Positions 29,216 to 39,928 of a stretch of 64,000 bases of DNA are shown here, in pieces. Under the pieces are notes generated by a model. That model saw nothing but the letters and a program-made list of their open reading frames with translations, was not told where the DNA came from and ran no database searches. Made by a program: the position numbers and the translations under genes. Position 1 is the first letter of the stretch. Each line of letters begins with the position of its first letter. The stretch is from an uncultured beta proteobacterium (GTDB lineage: Bacteria > Pseudomonadota > Gammaproteobacteria > Burkholderiales > Casimicrobiaceae), in NCBI GenBank assembly GCA_963844005.1, contig CAWJMQ010000023.1, positions 156,350-220,349 on the forward strand, given 5' to 3'.

Positions 29216-30520
29216 ATGACCAGACCGAAGACCACGCACTTCGATACGCTGTCGGTGCACGCCGGGGCGAAGCCCGATCCCGCCACCGGCGCGCGGGCGA
29301 CACCGATCTACCAGTCGGCTTCGTTCGTCTTCCCGGACAGCGACCATGCGGCCGCGCTCTTCAACATGGAGCGTGCCGGGCACGTCTACTCGCGCATCTC
29401 CAATCCGACATGCGCGGTATTGGAGGAGCGCATTGCCGCGCTCGAGGGCGGCGTCGGCGCCATCGCGGCTGCAAGCGGACAGGCGGCGATGCATCTCGCG
29501 ATCGCCACGCTGCTCTCCGCCGGTTCCCACATCGTCGCGTCGCGTGCACTCTATGGCGGCTCGCACAATCTGCTCGACTACACGCTGCCGCGTTTCGGCA
29601 TCGAAACGACGTTCGTCGATCCACGTAACGTCGACGGCTGGCGCGAGGCGATCCGCCCCAATACGAGGCTTTTCTTCGGCGAAACGCTCGGCAATCCCGG
29701 GCTCGATGTCCTCGACATCCCGCGCGTCGCCGATGTGGCGCACGATTCCGGCCTGCCGCTCCTCGTGGATTCGACGTTCACGACGCCTTACCTGATGCAG
29801 CCGTTCGCGCATGGGGCCGACCTCGTGTTCCATTCGGCGACGAAGTTCCTGTCGGGCCACGGTGTCGTGATCGGCGGATTGCTCGTCGATTCCGGACAAT
29901 TCGATTGGGACGCGCCCGTGGCGCGCGGCAAGTTTCCGACGCTTACCGAGCCGTACTCCGGGTTCCACGACATGGTGTTTGCCGAGGAGTCCACGACAGC
30001 GGCGTTCCTGTTCCGGGCGCGGCGCGAGGGTATCCGCGACTTCGGCGCGTGCATGTCGCCGTTCACGGCATTTCAGATCCTGCAGGGAATCGAAACGCTG
30101 CCGCTGCGGATGGCGCGCCACGTCGAGAACACGCGCAAGGTCGTCGCGTTCCTCGTCCCCCATCCGCTCGTGGAATCGGTCGGCTACCCGGAGTTGCCGG
30201 AGCACCCGGACCACGAACTCGCAAGGCAGCTGCTGCCGAAGGGCTGCGGCGCGGTGTTCAGCTTCAACCTCAGGGGGACGCGTGCCCAGGGCCGGAAATT
30301 CATCGAGACCCTGGCGATCTTTTCACACCTCGCGAACGTCGGCGACGCGAAATCTCTGGTCATCCATCCGGCGAGCACGACGCACTTTCGCATGTCGGCG
30401 GACGACCTTGTGAAGAGTGGGATCGCGGAGGGAACGATCCGGCTGTCGGTGGGCCTCGAGAATCCCGACGACCTCATCGAGGACCTGAGCCGCGCGCTGC
30501 ACGCGGCGGGAAAGATCTGA
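29216..30520 (+). CDS. metY: O-acetylhomoserine aminocarboxypropyltransferase/sulfhydrylase
   Basis: 434-aa ORF. Cys/Met-metabolism PLP family, with PLP-lysine context (HSATKFLSGHG). Confidence 0.9.
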   Translation: MTRPKTTHFDTLSVHAGAKPDPATGARATPIYQSASFVFPDSDHAAALFNMERAGHVYSRISNPTCAVLEERIAALEGGVGAIAAASGQAAMHLAIATLLSAGSHIVASRALYGGSHNLLDYTLPRFGIETTFVDPRNVDGWREAIRPNTRLFFGETLGNPGLDVLDIPRVADVAHDSGLPLLVDSTFTTPYLMQPFAHGADLVFHSATKFLSGHGVVIGGLLVDSGQFDWDAPVARGKFPTLTEPYSGFHDMVFAEESTTAAFLFRARREGIRDFGACMSPFTAFQILQGIETLPLRMARHVENTRKVVAFLVPHPLVESVGYPELPEHPDHELARQLLPKGCGAVFSFNLRGTRAQGRKFIETLAIFSHLANVGDAKSLVIHPASTTHFRMSADDLVKSGIAEGTIRLSVGLENPDDLIEDLSRALHAAGKI

Positions 30521-31308
30521 TGCGCTGTGCCATCGCCGGCAACGACGTCTATGCGTACACGGGCGCGCGCCCGTTCGCCGCCGCGCTGCCCACCGTCGTT
30601 TTCATTCATGGAGCTGCGCACGACCACAGCGTCTGGACACTGCAGTCGCGCTACTTCGCGCACCATGGCTGGAACGTTCTGGCAGTCGATCTGCCGGGTC
30701 ACGGACGCTCTGCCGGCGACGCGTTGCCATCCATCGCTGCGATCGCAGACTTCATACCGGACCTGCTCGATGCCGTCGGCGTCGCCGCCGCCGCGCTTGT
30801 CGGCCATTCGATGGGATCGCTCGCAGCGCTCGAATGCGCGGCGCGCCACGATCGTATTGTCACCAAGCTCGCGCTGCTGGGCCCCGCCGCGCCGATGACG
30901 GTGTCCGACGACCTGCTCGACGCGGCGGGGCGGAACGACCACGTCGCCTATGAACTCATCAACGGGTGGTCCTACAGCGCCCGCAAGCAGCTCGGAGGCA
31001 ATGCGGTCCCCGGCGTCTGGCTGACGGGCAATGCGATGCGGCTCCTCGAGCGCAACAAGCCCGGCGTGCTCCATGCCGACCTCCTGGCCTGCCATGTGTA
31101 CGCGACGGGGCTCGACGCGGCAAGAAAGGTTCGATGTCCCACGCTCGCGGTTGTCGGCGCGCGCGACATCATGGCTCCGCCGAAGAACGCAACGGACCTC
31201 ATCGCGGCTCTTTCCAATGCCCGCGTCGTCCAACTGCCCGATTGCGGGCACGCGCTGATGGCCGAAGAGCCGGATGCCGTGCTCGATGCGCTGCGCGCTT
31301 TCCTTTAA
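30520..31308 (+). CDS. Alpha/beta hydrolase
   Basis: Same frame as ORF 29905..31308. The ATG overlaps the metY stop (TGATG). HG oxyanion motif (VVFIHGAAHD), nucleophile elbow GHSMG, and C-terminal CGH. Confidence 0.8.
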   Translation: MRCAIAGNDVYAYTGARPFAAALPTVVFIHGAAHDHSVWTLQSRYFAHHGWNVLAVDLPGHGRSAGDALPSIAAIADFIPDLLDAVGVAAAALVGHSMGSLAALECAARHDRIVTKLALLGPAAPMTVSDDLLDAAGRNDHVAYELINGWSYSARKQLGGNAVPGVWLTGNAMRLLERNKPGVLHADLLACHVYATGLDAARKVRCPTLAVVGARDIMAPPKNATDLIAALSNARVVQLPDCGHALMAEEPDAVLDALRAFL

Positions 31309-31324
31309 CGCGAACATCTCTACG

Positions 31325-32089
31325 ATGACACCCGAGCCATTGCCCCAAGCATCAGCGGTTCCCGCCGTACGCAAGGTCGCCGCCGTGGCGCCGTTCGGCT
31401 GGCTCGCGCGCGGCTTCGCGGACTACCGCGCGCACCGGCTGCCGAGCCTGTTCTACGGCATTTGTTTCGCCGTCATGGGCTGGTGCATCGCATACACGTT
31501 CCAGCATGCGTACGAATATGTTTCGGCGCTCGTGACCGGTTTCTTCCTGGTCGGACCGTTTCTCGCCATCGGCCTCTACGATCTTTCTCGCCGCCGCGAG
31601 CGGGGCCTGCCCACGCGGCTCGCCCCCACGCTCAATGCGTGGTCGGCGAATGTCGGGGCGATCGGGGTATTCACGCTGGTGCTTGTCGTCATCCTGCTCG
31701 TATGGGCGCGCGCGTCGCTCATCGTGTTCGCGCTGTTCTACAGCGGGGAAATGCCGACGGCCACCACTTTCGTACGGCAGATGCTCTCGCCCGACAACCT
31801 CGAGTTTCTGCTCGCCTACATATGGGTCGGCGGGTTCTTCGCCATCCTGGTGTTCGCGCTGAGTGTCGTTTCGGTGCCGATGATGCTCGACCGGAACACG
31901 GATGGCGTGGTCGCCGCGCTGACGAGCCTCAAGGCGTTCGGCGCGAACGTCCCCGCGATGGTCGTGTGGGGAGCAATGATCGTCGTGCTCACCGCGATCG
32001 GCTTCGCGCTCCTCTTCGTCGGACTTGTCGTCGCCGTCCCGGTGATCGGACATGCGACTTGGCATGCGTACCGCGCACTCGTGGAGTGA
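31325..32089 (+). CDS. Integral membrane protein (DUF2189-like)
   Basis: Inside ORF 31274..32089, ATG at 31325. Five or six hydrophobic helices. The family call is from memory and tentative. Confidence 0.65.
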   Translation: MTPEPLPQASAVPAVRKVAAVAPFGWLARGFADYRAHRLPSLFYGICFAVMGWCIAYTFQHAYEYVSALVTGFFLVGPFLAIGLYDLSRRRERGLPTRLAPTLNAWSANVGAIGVFTLVLVVILLVWARASLIVFALFYSGEMPTATTFVRQMLSPDNLEFLLAYIWVGGFFAILVFALSVVSVPMMLDRNTDGVVAALTSLKAFGANVPAMVVWGAMIVVLTAIGFALLFVGLVVAVPVIGHATWHAYRALVE

Positions 32090-32131
32090 CCGCACCGGGA
32101 ATGGTCCTCCGCCGGACCGAGCGGTCGGCGG

Positions 32132-32686
32132 TCATTCCCGCTTCCACTTGATCGAACAGCCGACCGATGCGTTCTGGACCGCTGGCGCGGCTCCGCTGCG
32201 CGCGACCCCGACCATTGCATCGAAGAGTTCGCGGGAGGCCGTCGGGTCGTCCGAGCGCCCCGAGGCATCGAGACGGCCGCGGTAGGCGAGTCGCAGATCG
32301 CGATCGAAGCCGAAGAAATCAGGTGTGCAGACGGCGCCGTAGGCGCGCGCGACGTCCTGCGTCTCATCGATCACGTACGGAAACGTGAACGCGTGCTGCG
32401 CGGCGAATTGCTTCATGTTGTCGAACGAATCGGCAGGGTACGCGGCGACGTCGTTGCTCATGATGGCGATCGCGCCGACGCCGCGTTGGCGCAGGTCCGT
32501 CATGTCGCGGACGATCTTCGCGACCACCGCCTTGACGTAAGGGCAGTGGTTGCAGATGAACATCACCACCGTCCCGTTGGCGCCGCGAACGGATTCGAGC
32601 GTGTACCGGCGCCCGTCGGTGCCACAGAGATCGAAGGTTGCGGCCGGCCAACCGGGTTGGCCGGCGAGAACTGACTGTTCAGTCAT
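32132..32686 (-). CDS. Thioredoxin-fold redoxin-like protein (cytoplasmic, CxxC)
   Basis: 184-aa ORF. CNHC motif within FICNHCPYVK. Paralogous to the 47640..48245 product. Confidence 0.75.
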   Translation of the reverse strand: MTEQSVLAGQPGWPAATFDLCGTDGRRYTLESVRGANGTVVMFICNHCPYVKAVVAKIVRDMTDLRQRGVGAIAIMSNDVAAYPADSFDNMKQFAAQHAFTFPYVIDETQDVARAYGAVCTPDFFGFDRDLRLAYRGRLDASGRSDDPTASRELFDAMVGVARSGAAPAVQNASVGCSIKWKRE

Positions 32687-32897
32687 GGCACCTCCGTGCG
32701 TGGTGAATGAATGGGTTTTCGGTAGGCAACACGATATCTTACTTGCGGAGGGATGGAACGCTCTATTGTCGCGGGCCTGCGGCGAAAGTCTTCGGGCTTA
32801 ACGGGCCGCAACCAGCCCTCCCGCTCCGTGGCTCGTGGCCCGTTGCGACGCGAGGCTTGCGTCTCGGTACACTAGAACATTCCCGGGCCGCGCCGCG

Positions 32898-33743
32898 ATG
32901 CACGTCATCCGCCATTCCGACCTCGACGCGTTTCTTGCGGCGGCCGCGCCGATGTCCTGCCGCGGTGAAGCATCCGCCAGCTTTTTCTCGGGATCGGCGC
33001 ATGCGATGAAGCGTGCCCCGCCGCCCGCAGCCGAGCACGTTTATCTCGCGACCTGGGATGACGGCGAGTCGTTCGGCGTCGCGGTGCAACGCGATGACGG
33101 TCCGGTAATCATCGGCGAGAGCGACGCCGCGGCGGCCGTCGCCTTCGCGGTCGATCTCGCGCGAGACTGGCCGGAGCTTCAAGGCGTGGTGGGTGCTCCG
33201 GCAGGATGCGACGCGTTTGCGCGCAGGTGGCGCGAGCTGACCGGCCGCGCCCACGTGCTGCGCGTTCGCCTGCGCCAGCATGCGCTGACAGAGGTAAACC
33301 ACGTGCCGGCACCGCCCGGTGCGCCGCGGGTTGCCACCAAGGCCGACACCGAATGGCTGATCGAGCGTCAGATCGCGTTCATCGCGGAGGTCGGCATGCC
33401 CGACTCGCCGGCGCGCACGCGCGAGTTCCTGCCGAAGCGCGTCGCGCGCGGCGATTTCCGGATCTGGGACGACGGCGGGCGCGTCGCCTTCGCGGGGTTC
33501 AACGACGCGGCTCCCGAGTTTGCACGCGTCGCGCCCGTCTACACGCTGCCCGATTGCCGTGGACGCGGGTATGCAACCGCGCTTGTGGCCGAACTGTCGC
33601 GCGAACTTCTCGCGCGCGGCAAGCGCAAGCTCTTCCTGACGACCGACGCTGCAAACCCGATATCGAACGCGATCTACGCGCGGATCGGGTATCGTGCGGA
33701 GAACGACGACTGCGGCCTCGATTTCGTTGCACTGCCGCCGTAG
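32898..33743 (+). CDS. GNAT family N-acetyltransferase
   Basis: Inside ORF 32835..33743, ATG at 32898. C-terminal acetyl-CoA motif (RGRGYATALVAELSRELL). Confidence 0.7.
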   Translation: MHVIRHSDLDAFLAAAAPMSCRGEASASFFSGSAHAMKRAPPPAAEHVYLATWDDGESFGVAVQRDDGPVIIGESDAAAAVAFAVDLARDWPELQGVVGAPAGCDAFARRWRELTGRAHVLRVRLRQHALTEVNHVPAPPGAPRVATKADTEWLIERQIAFIAEVGMPDSPARTREFLPKRVARGDFRIWDDGGRVAFAGFNDAAPEFARVAPVYTLPDCRGRGYATALVAELSRELLARGKRKLFLTTDAANPISNAIYARIGYRAENDDCGLDFVALPP

Positions 33744-33747
33744 CCCG

Positions 33748-34485
33748 ATGATGCCACCGCGGTTCTTGAGCCCCCTCCCGCTTGCGCCGGAACTTGCCGG
33801 ACAGGTGATCGAATTGCACGAATCAGCGGCGCATCATGCGGTTCGCGTCCTTCGACTGGCCGTCGGCGACGCGCTGACGCTCTTCGACGGCACGGGCGGC
33901 GAGTACGCGGCGACGCTCGTCCGCATCGACAGGCGCGGGGCTTCGGTGCGAATCGAGCGATTTCTGGCGGTGGAACGCGAGTCGCCACTCGCCGTCACGC
34001 TTGCGCAGGGCATCGTGGCGAACGACGCGATGGACTACGCGGTCCGCAAGGCGACGGAGCTCGGCGTGACGTCGATACAGCCGCTCGTCACCGCGCGGAG
34101 CGCCCCGTTTCCACCGGGCGAACGAGGCGACAAACGCATCGCCCACTGGCGGCAGGTGGTGATCGCGGCATGCGAGCAGTGCGGCCGCAATCGGGTTCCG
34201 GAAGTCTTTCCATCGCGAACGTTCACCGAATGGCTCGCCGCGTGGAGCGGCAGCGTAATCGCGCTCGTGCCGGATGCGGATCGATCCGCGGTGGCGCTTG
34301 TCCAGCCACCAGGACCGCTGGCGCTTCTGATCGGTCCGGAGGGCGGGCTCGACGCGCGCGAAGTGGCGGCAGCGCGGGCGAAAAAATTTAATTTGGTGCG
34401 CCTGGGGCCGCGCGTGTTGCGGGCCGAGACCGCCGCGGTCGCCGGACTTTCGGTGCTGCAAGCGTTGTGGGGGGATTGGCGTTGA
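33748..34485 (+). CDS. rsmE: 16S rRNA (uracil1498-N3)-methyltransferase
   Basis: Inside ORF 33694..34485, ATG at 33748. RsmE C-terminal knot motif (LLIGPEGGL...LGPRVLRAETA). Confidence 0.85.
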   Translation: MMPPRFLSPLPLAPELAGQVIELHESAAHHAVRVLRLAVGDALTLFDGTGGEYAATLVRIDRRGASVRIERFLAVERESPLAVTLAQGIVANDAMDYAVRKATELGVTSIQPLVTARSAPFPPGERGDKRIAHWRQVVIAACEQCGRNRVPEVFPSRTFTEWLAAWSGSVIALVPDADRSAVALVQPPGPLALLIGPEGGLDAREVAAARAKKFNLVRLGPRVLRAETAAVAGLSVLQALWGDWR

Positions 34486-35882
34486 TGCGAGTGGGACTGG
34501 TGACCGCGGCGCTTGTTGGCGCCTGTGCGACGCCGGCGCCCGTTTCGGACGAATCGGGTACGCGGCAATATGCGTACGTTGTCATGGGTGAGGAGGGCCG
34601 TGCAGTCGCCCGGATCATCACATCGGCGGCGAAGTGTCCGGCGATCGAAATCGATGGAACCAGCCGGCCGATGGATGTGCGTGCCCGGCCCGCAACCGAA
34701 CCGCTGCGACCGACGCGCAACGCTCCATCCGAGTCGAAGCCGTCCGCGTTCCCGGTACTCGTCTGCGAGAAGGCGGTTCCAGCAGGTGCCCGAAGCGCGG
34801 CAGTCGAGGGTCGCAGGCTGCCGCTGCCGAAGGCGAACCCGGACCGGATCGTCGTTATCGGCGATACCGGCTGCCGTATCAAGTCGTCCGACCCGATCTT
34901 CCAGGGGTGCAACGATGCCGCGCTGTGGCCGTTTGCCGCAGTCGCGGATGCGGCGGCGCGCGCCGCACCGGACCTCGTCATTCACGTCGGCGACTATCAC
35001 TATCGCGAGAACCCATGCCCGGCCGGCAACGTCGGATGCGCAGGCAGCCCGTGGGGCTACGGCTGGGACGCGTGGGAGGCCGATCTCTTCGCTCCGGCGA
35101 AGGCGCTATTCGCCGCGGCGCCGTGGATCGTCGTCCGCGGCAACCACGAGTCGTGCAACCGCGCGGGCCAGGGCTGGTGGCGCCTGCTCGATCCTCGCCC
35201 GCTCGCGCCGAGGCAGGACTGCAACGATGCCGCGAACGATTCGATCGGCGACTACAGCGAGCCCTACACGGTGCCGCTCGGGTCTGGCGCGGAGGCAGAC
35301 ACTCAATTCATCGTGTTCGATTCGTCGCTGGTGGGTGTTCAACCGCTCCCCGCGAGCGACCCGATGCACGTCAAGTATCGGGCGCAGCTCGCGCGCGCGT
35401 TTGCGCTCGGCGCGAGGCGGCCCAACACGTTCTTCATGAACCACCACCCGATCCTCGCTTTTGCGCCGAACCCCGCAACGCCCGACGTCCCGTATCCGGG
35501 CAACGGCGCGTTGCAATCGGTGCTGAGCGCCATGCATCCCACGGTGCTGTTCCCGCCCAACGTGCAGGCCGTACTTGCCGGCCACGTGCACCTGTTCGAG
35601 GTCGTCAGCTTTTCGACGCCGCAGCCGGCGCAGTTCGTCACCGGCAACGCCGGCGATTGGATCGACGAACCCTTGCCGTTGCCTTTGCCTTCCGGGTCGT
35701 CACCCGCCCCCGGCGCAGTGATGGTGAACCTGGTGGCGGCCAATCGATTCGGTTTCATGTCGATGAAGCGCGACGGCGTTCGCTGGCGGATGGTCGCGCA
35801 CGATGCAAGCGGGGTACCGATGATCTCGTGCGCGCTGCTCGAGCGGCGGGCGACCTGCGACCCCTCGATTCCTGTGAGGTGA
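34485..35882 (+). CDS. Metallophosphoesterase, predicted lipoprotein
   Basis: Inside ORF 34467..35882. The ATG at 34485 overlaps the rsmE stop. Lipobox LVGAC. Calcineurin-like motifs GDTG, GDYHY, GNHE and GHVH. Confidence 0.75.
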   Translation: MRVGLVTAALVGACATPAPVSDESGTRQYAYVVMGEEGRAVARIITSAAKCPAIEIDGTSRPMDVRARPATEPLRPTRNAPSESKPSAFPVLVCEKAVPAGARSAAVEGRRLPLPKANPDRIVVIGDTGCRIKSSDPIFQGCNDAALWPFAAVADAAARAAPDLVIHVGDYHYRENPCPAGNVGCAGSPWGYGWDAWEADLFAPAKALFAAAPWIVVRGNHESCNRAGQGWWRLLDPRPLAPRQDCNDAANDSIGDYSEPYTVPLGSGAEADTQFIVFDSSLVGVQPLPASDPMHVKYRAQLARAFALGARRPNTFFMNHHPILAFAPNPATPDVPYPGNGALQSVLSAMHPTVLFPPNVQAVLAGHVHLFEVVSFSTPQPAQFVTGNAGDWIDEPLPLPLPSGSSPAPGAVMVNLVAANRFGFMSMKRDGVRWRMVAHDASGVPMISCALLERRATCDPSIPVR

Positions 35883-36203
35883 GCGAAGGATAGGTGACGC
35901 TAGAGCGTCATGCGCGCTCGATGATGTGTCTCAATTGAGCCTTGATCTGGGAGGCGGTGTCAGGCATTTCGGCGCTTCACGGTCTCAGTTCGGCCACGAG
36001 CCGTCATGCGGCCAGTTGCCCGGCAGCGGACGCTGGATAACCTTAGCGTCGATCGTGGAACCAGGTAAGGCAGGTCGAGTCAGCGCATCTGCGCCACACG
36101 TCCTTCCGACGACGTGTGCGCCAAGTGACGTACCGGCGCAGGAACATGCGCACGCGCACTGCCGGTCTTGGCAAACGTGGGACGCTATCTGCCTTCGGCG
36201 TTC

Positions 36204-36677
36204 CTAAAGGCCGGGCGGCCCGGGAATGGGTATCGGGTAGTAATCGAGGACACAACGCGTGTCGCTGTACTGCGAAAACGCGATGAAATTGCCGGTCGCG
36301 TCGCTGCGCCACCGCAAGGACGAGGGCGGCCCGAGATCGGAGACCTGCGGCGCGCCGTAGATACTGGACAAGAGGGAACGCACATTCGGACAGTCTGAGG
36401 CGTACTGCGTGCCAAGACTGACCCGGGCCAGCTTCGGCTCGCCCACGGCGAACCAGAAATGAACGACGAACGGGATGTTATTCGTCGCATAGGGGGCAGT
36501 GAGCAATCCTCGTTCGCCGTTCCGTGCAACGGCGGGACTCTCCGCGCGCACGGCAACGCCCTTCGACGCGGAAATAACGTGCTCCGGGGACATGCCCCAT
36601 GTCGCGTATTGCCAGTCCGCATGAGCGGATATTGGTACGATCACCATGCAAAGCCAAAGGCTCATGCGTGAGAGCAT
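36204..36677 (-). CDS. Hypothetical secreted protein (157 aa)
   Basis: Inside ORF 36204..36788. The ATG at 36677 follows GGAG. Signal peptide MLSRMSLWLCMVIVPISAHA. Lower-GC codon usage; no family recognised. Confidence 0.45.
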   Translation of the reverse strand: MLSRMSLWLCMVIVPISAHADWQYATWGMSPEHVISASKGVAVRAESPAVARNGERGLLTAPYATNNIPFVVHFWFAVGEPKLARVSLGTQYASDCPNVRSLLSSIYGAPQVSDLGPPSSLRWRSDATGNFIAFSQYSDTRCVLDYYPIPIPGPPGL

Positions 36678-37176
36678 CGCAATCTCCAAGACGACGATCG
36701 TCGAGTTTCGAACAGCGCTGCGCGCAGTGCGTCGCTGCAAAGCGGCGGCGCCGCGCGTACCATAGGTGACGAAGCGGGCGCAGAACATTCGTGCGTTCCT
36801 CTACAGTCACCGGACGGGCTATTCTCCGCCGCTGAACATACGTCGGCAATCGGGCCAACTCCCGCCGTTCATGCGCAAAATCACTCAAGTCCCGAATGAC
36901 CGGAGTCAAGGTGGAGCAGACGTAGCTCGTCGTCGCAGCCGCAGCGAAGAAATCTACAAAGCGACCGCTCAAGAAGTAGGCACCCGGCCAGACTGAAATG
37001 ACGATCTGAAGCGGACGCTCGTGACGCATTGGGATGGGTACGGACCGCGCGCGGCGTGTACTTGACAAGGCCCCGCCTAAGTATGACGATGGCATGTCTC
37101 AGGCGCGCACCTTTGCCGTGCAGTGAGATATGGGACACACATCACCAGCGATGGACAACCAAACGGAGAAGAGAAC

Positions 37177-37719
37177 ATGAAGCGAGGAACGACGATGTTG
37201 AGCGCATTCGCAGTGGTCTGGGCCCTCGCCCTGCCCAGTTGGGCGCAGGTCAAAGAGCTCCCGAAACAGACCGTCACCGTTACCGGCACCGTAGAGACGA
37301 TCGATAAGAGCAGACGCGCCGTGAACATCAAGACGGCCGATGGCAAGTTCGTCGCCCTCGACGTGCCCGCGAGCGCCAAGCGCTTCGACGAGCTCAAGGT
37401 GGGGGACAAGGTGGGGGTCACGTATAACAACAACGTCATGGTGCGCCTGAAGCCGGCGGGCGAGGCGGCGGTCGATACCGCCGACACGGCCTCCACCATG
37501 GGAAAGGAAGCGCGGCCCGGGGGCACGGCGTCGACAATGCGGACGATGACGGCAACTATCGCCGACATCGACAAGAGCGCGTCGTCGATGACTTTTGTCG
37601 GGCCGAACGGGTGGAAATACAGCCGACGGATCGTCGATCCGAAGGTGTTCGATCAGGTCAAGGTGGGCGACAAGGTCGACATCACCTGGAGCACCGACGT
37701 CACCTTCGCGGTGCAGTAG
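37177..37719 (+). CDS. Hypothetical secreted protein with internal tandem duplication (180 aa)
   Basis: Inside ORF 37123..37719. The ATG at 37177 follows GGAGAAGAG. Signal peptide MLSAFAVVWALALPSWA. Two repeats of about 60 aa, each ending in a KVGDKV motif. Confidence 0.55.
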   Translation: MKRGTTMLSAFAVVWALALPSWAQVKELPKQTVTVTGTVETIDKSRRAVNIKTADGKFVALDVPASAKRFDELKVGDKVGVTYNNNVMVRLKPAGEAAVDTADTASTMGKEARPGGTASTMRTMTATIADIDKSASSMTFVGPNGWKYSRRIVDPKVFDQVKVGDKVDITWSTDVTFAVQ

Positions 37720-37823
37720 CCCCAGGGACGAGCGCGCGGCTGCCGGCGAGAGACGACCATAGCAGGGCGACCGCCCCGTACTGGGAAAGGGCCTCAATTG
37801 ACCCGTGGCGGGCTGACTCGGGC

Positions 37824-38424
37824 TGACGATCTCGACACGCACACGCGGCGCAAGTTCCTGCGCATGGCCCGTCCACCAGCGCTGCCACAGGCGCCCGCCG
37901 ACGTACTTCACCCGCCGATTGTTTGAGACCAGCAGCGCTCGTATCCGATTGATGTGCTCGGTGCGCGCGTGCCCCAGTCGCCCCAGTTCCCGGTGCGCTC
38001 GCCGCGCGTCTTCCTGCTCCGGCGCGGGCACCCGCACCACCGACCACACTCGGCGCTCGCCCGCGTGGTAGCGAATCAACATCGAGAGCAACTTGTCAGC
38101 GTCCAGCCGGTCAGTCTTGGCGCACCGCGCTCGGCGGTTCACTTCAATGCTCGCCGAATCCACGACCACAAGGTTGTCGATACCGTGCTCGATGAGCCAG
38201 CGCTGCAGCCAGAAGCCGTCGCGTCCGGCTTCATAACAGCTATGCGCGCTCGCCTCCGGCGCAAGCCCGCAGCGCGCCTTGGCCTTGGCGATACACTCGA
38301 GCAGCGCCGCGCTGCCCCCCGCCGCCACCGTATAGTGGCTCGGGCTGCGCTCCCCGTCGCTCAGCGACAGCTTCCAATCCTTCTCACTCAGTTCGGAGAC
38401 CAAGTAGAGCTCGCTCGCTTCCAC
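37824..38424 (-). mobile_element. IS110-family transposase gene, 3'-truncated remnant (N-terminal DEDD domain only)
   Basis: The first ~200 aa of ORF 37099..38424 match the IS110/IS1111 N-domain pattern (YEAGRDGFWLQRWLIEHGIDNLVVVDSASIEV, AKTDRLDADKLL, VPAPEQEDARR, HINRIRALL). The C-terminal HhH transposase domain is absent. The rest of the ORF is antisense read-through of the 37177 gene. Confidence 0.7.
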
Positions 38425-38732
38425 CGTATGCTTTCCTTGAAAGGTTGTTCCAGACGCATTCGTGTCGTCCTCCTTCCGTCATCGAGTCGATCGAACTCTC
38501 GTCTTAACTCAAGGGGCAAATCACGAACGGCCCTTAATGAACTTGCAGCTGGGTGGAATGTGGTAACGTTGTGATATACAACCCTTGCCAAGGGGAATCA
38601 ATCGCGCTGTGCGCCTATTAATTGGCTGGCCGCGTGGCGGTGGCGGAAGGCGGCGGAGGTCCAGTAAGCCGTAGTCCCCAGCGTCCCTCGCGAGCAACAT
38701 ATCCTGCGTCCCAAACTACGGGAGGATCAGCT

Positions 38733-39443
38733 ATGACAGCACTAGCAGCGGAACTTCTCGGTACTTTCTGGCTCGTTCTCGGCGGTTGCGGAAGCGCGGT
38801 AATTGCCGCAGCGTTTCCCGAGTTGGGCATTGGTTTCACGGGCGTCTCGCTCGCGTTCGGCCTCACGGTGCTGACCGGAGCCTACGCGCTCGGACCGATC
38901 TCGGGCGGTCACTTCAATCCGGCGGTGTCATTCGGGCTCTGGGCCGGCGGGCGCTTTCCTGGGTCGCGGCTACTGCCCTACGTCGTCTCGCAAGTGCTGG
39001 GTGCGGTCCTCGCTGCTGGCGTGCTCTATCTCATCGCGAGCGGAAAGGCTGGCTTCGATCTGCAAGCCGGCTTCGCCTCGAACGGCTACGGCGAACACTC
39101 GCCGGGAAAGTACGGCCTCGGTTCCGCGCTTGTCTGCGAGGTCGTGATGACGTTCATGTTTCTCGTTGTCATCCTTGGTGCGACAAACGGGCGGGCACCG
39201 ACCGACTTCGCGGGGCTCGCGATCGGCCTGTGTCTCACGCTCATTCACCTCGTCAGCATCCCGGTGACGAACACGTCCGTGAATCCGGCGCGGAGCACCG
39301 GACCGGCGCTCTTCGTAGGCGGCTGGGCGCTCCAGCAGCTGTGGCTCTTCTGGGTGGCACCGATCGTCGGTGCCGTGCTCGCGGGTTGGCTCTCGCGCGT
39401 GGTGTCTCGTGGGAAGAGTCTACCGCCGCTCGTCGGGAGTTGA
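38733..39443 (+). CDS. aqpZ: Aquaporin Z
   Basis: Inside ORF 38622..39443. The ATG at 38733 follows GGGAGGA. Two NPA boxes (HFNPAVS, SVNPARS). Third codon positions are AT-richer than in neighbouring genes. Confidence 0.9.
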   Translation: MTALAAELLGTFWLVLGGCGSAVIAAAFPELGIGFTGVSLAFGLTVLTGAYALGPISGGHFNPAVSFGLWAGGRFPGSRLLPYVVSQVLGAVLAAGVLYLIASGKAGFDLQAGFASNGYGEHSPGKYGLGSALVCEVVMTFMFLVVILGATNGRAPTDFAGLAIGLCLTLIHLVSIPVTNTSVNPARSTGPALFVGGWALQQLWLFWVAPIVGAVLAGWLSRVVSRGKSLPPLVGS

Positions 39444-39568
39444 TCCAGACCCCAAGGTCGGCGACTTACTCGTTGGGCTTCACGTTAACGACTCAGCAAG
39501 AATTATCTCAAGTAGTCAAGGTTGACGCGGAGCCCGCGACGCTCGCTCTCTTCAGCTCGGCGATCATC

Positions 39569-39928
39569 TCAAGTCCGTAGATCGGCTCCTTCGCGGCATG
39601 ATGAGCCCGCCTTGAACTTGCTGTCGTCGAAGGCGACCTGGTCGCCGTCCTTGATGTAATACGTGCCGCCGGCGTTGCCCGCTTTTCCGTCCTTGTTCAT
39701 GAATTCGGGCTTGCCGTTGACGAGACTGAAGCTCTTGTAGTCGGGGCTGCCCGGATCGCCCTTGCGGCCGGCGTTCGCCGCCTTATCCTTGTCGTAGCGC
39801 GTGTTGTCGACGTACTGGTCGTCGACCTGTCCCCACACACCGTTGCGGCTGCCCTTTATATTCAGCGCCGAGCGGACGGGCATGCCTTGCTCGCTTTGTC
39901 GACCGCGGCGCGAAGCGATCTCGATCAA
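39569..39928 (-). pseudogene. Gene remnant, possibly the C-terminal half of an EB_dh/DOMON-like haem-binding domain protein
   Basis: 119-aa ORF with only a TTG start, no signal peptide and no SD. The segment GVWGQVDDQYVDNTRYDKD...YYIKDGDQVAFDDSKFKAG resembles EB_dh-type domains (from memory). The flanking 39.4-40.3 kb is low-GC and non-coding. Confidence 0.3.

Noticed and set aside
35895-35910. Palindrome TGACGCT-AG-AGCGTCA just after the phosphoesterase stop, considered as a terminator
   Set aside because: It has a 7-bp stem but only a 2-nt loop and no U-run, so it is sterically poor as a hairpin. It could be a protein-binding site, but I have no supporting evidence.
37099-38424. 441-aa ORF that might be an intact IS110 transposase
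   Set aside because: Only the first ~200 aa show IS110 N-domain motifs. The expected C-terminal HhH transposase domain is missing. The remainder is antisense to a plus-strand gene with a good SD, a signal peptide and repeat structure. I call it a truncated remnant.
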